Assembly: GCF_003814705.1 (NCBI RefSeq)
Contig: NZ_RKRA01000001.1
Coordinates: 3,144,776 to 3,168,775 of the forward strand
Length of the DNA stretch: 24,000 nucleotides
DNA from: Georgenia muralis
GTDB taxonomy: Bacteria; Actinomycetota; Actinomycetes; Actinomycetales; Actinomycetaceae
Reading direction: 5' to 3'
Shown: in pieces, positions 23,359 to 24,000 of the stretch
How the letters are laid out: each line of letters begins with the position of its first letter
Numbering within the stretch: the first letter of the stretch is position 1
Position numbers and translations under genes: made by a program
Notes under the pieces: model-generated
The model's input: the letters and a program-made list of their open reading frames with translations, nothing else
Database searches by the model: none
What the model was told of the DNA's origin: nothing

Positions 23359-23759
23359 GCGCTCGTCATCGACGACATCATCGACGAGCACGCCTCGACC
23401 ATGGCACGGCAGGCCATGGCGCAGACCCGGCAGTGCTCGGACATGGCGGCGTGCGTCTCGCACTCCGCCGCGCAGGCCTCGCCCATGGCCATGCACGCCG
23501 ACGTCATCGCGGTCATGACGGCCATGTCGTAGCCCGTCGGCCGCATCATCATGCGCATCATCGCCGTCGCGACGTCGGCGGTGTTGGTACACATGGCGGC
23601 GCAGCGCCCCATGCCCTCGCCCGCGTCGGCGTCGGCGCACATCGTCGCGGCCATCGCCGCCGCGGAGCACGCCTCGATGCACTGCTGCATCATGGGCATC
23701 TCCATGCCGGCCTTCTCGGCCATCGGCATCGACTTCATCATGTCGGCCATCATGTTCAT
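23355..23759 (-). CDS. Four-helix-bundle Cys-rich copper-binding-family protein (DUF326), unusually methionine-rich variant
   Basis: Family signatures are CIEAC, RPTGYD, EACAAECETHAAMSEHCRVCAMACRAMVEAC (compare the recalled consensus ...C..EC..HA.MHEHCRVCAEACR.CE.AC). By direct count there are 31 Met and 12 Cys in 134 aa, and the N-terminus is MNMMADMMKSMPMAEKAGMEMPMM. GAGGGTGGG lies upstream of ATG 23759. Confidence 0.85.
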   Translation of the reverse strand: MNMMADMMKSMPMAEKAGMEMPMMQQCIEACSAAAMAATMCADADAGEGMGRCAAMCTNTADVATAMMRMMMRPTGYDMAVMTAMTSACMAMGEACAAECETHAAMSEHCRVCAMACRAMVEACSSMMSSMTSA

Positions 23760-23777
23760 CGCAGCTCGCCCACCCTC

Positions 23778-23807
23778 GTCGTCACGTGACCTCTGTCACG
23801 TGACGAC
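23778..23807. promoter_or_regulatory. Perfect 13-bp inverted repeat GTCGTCACGTGAC-ctct-GTCACGTGACGAC, i.e. two copies of the 10-bp palindrome GTCACGTGAC
   Basis: Read directly. It lies 19-48 nt upstream of the DUF326 start codon and 29 nt downstream of the stop of the partial minus-strand gene. It could be an operator, a 5'-UTR stem-loop or a terminator. Confidence 0.5.
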
Positions 23808-23835
23808 GTTACGCCGGGCGTGATCCGCCACGCCA

Positions 23836-24000
23836 GAGGGCGGTTTGCCCGGAACCTACGGGGTGAGCTCGACGTCCTCGCCGCGGAGCAGGGCCCGGAA
23901 CCCGTCGTCCTGGACCGTGACGTCCCGGAGCACGAGGCCCTCGGGCAGTCCTTCGAGCTCGTGCTCGATGGTGACGAGCTCGCGCACGAGCGCGGCGAGG
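23836..24000 (-). CDS. Hypothetical protein, C-terminal fragment (start outside the window)
   Basis: The minus-strand frame is open from the window edge to the stop (cta at 23836-23838). The translation is ...LAALVRELVTIEHELEGLPEGLVLRDVTVQDDGFRALLRGEDVELTP. 52 of the 54 sense codons end in G/C. It is absent from the ORF track because no start codon lies in the window. Confidence 0.5.

Overview
Very high-GC (over 70% by eye) actinobacterial chromosome segment. The taxon call rests on a mycothiol-type maleylpyruvate isomerase, Lsr2, and TANNNT -10 boxes placed for leaderless mRNAs. Most long alternative-frame and antisense ORFs in the track are GC-driven shadows.

Gene order:
- Tail of a sensor histidine kinase.
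- A receiver-only response regulator, divergent from a large LAL/MalT-type LuxR regulator.
- A polytopic membrane protein.
- A small conserved actinobacterial domain with no stop codon, running through a 9-bp tandem repeat into a frameshifted beta-lactamase-family serine hydrolase.
- A leaderless 4-TM protein.
- A clear heliorhodopsin (6573-7358).
- An RNase H-like protein.
- A butanediol-type Zn alcohol dehydrogenase.
- A gentisate cluster: a truncated, frameshifted 3-hydroxybenzoate 6-monooxygenase remnant, then gentisate 1,2-dioxygenase, an FAH-family hydrolase and a mycothiol-dependent maleylpyruvate isomerase.
- A three-gene ABC importer of unknown substrate, behind about 390 bp of structured non-coding DNA.
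- An NhaA-DsbA fusion antiporter broken by an 8-bp tandem duplication.
- Lsr2, a DUF421 membrane protein, an FGGY kinase, an SDR and methylglyoxal synthase.
- A terminal metal-looking mini-locus: a near-consensus promoter positioned for a leaderless 29-codon Ser/Cys-rich sORF, an 87-aa hypothetical, and a convergent, extremely Met-rich variant of the Cys-rich four-helix-bundle (DUF326) copper-binding family preceded by a twin palindrome.

The top items are the heliorhodopsin and its context, and the sORF/Met-rich DUF326 locus. No tRNA, rRNA, CRISPR array or intact mobile element was seen. All family assignments come from reading the translations and recalling family signatures; no searches were run.
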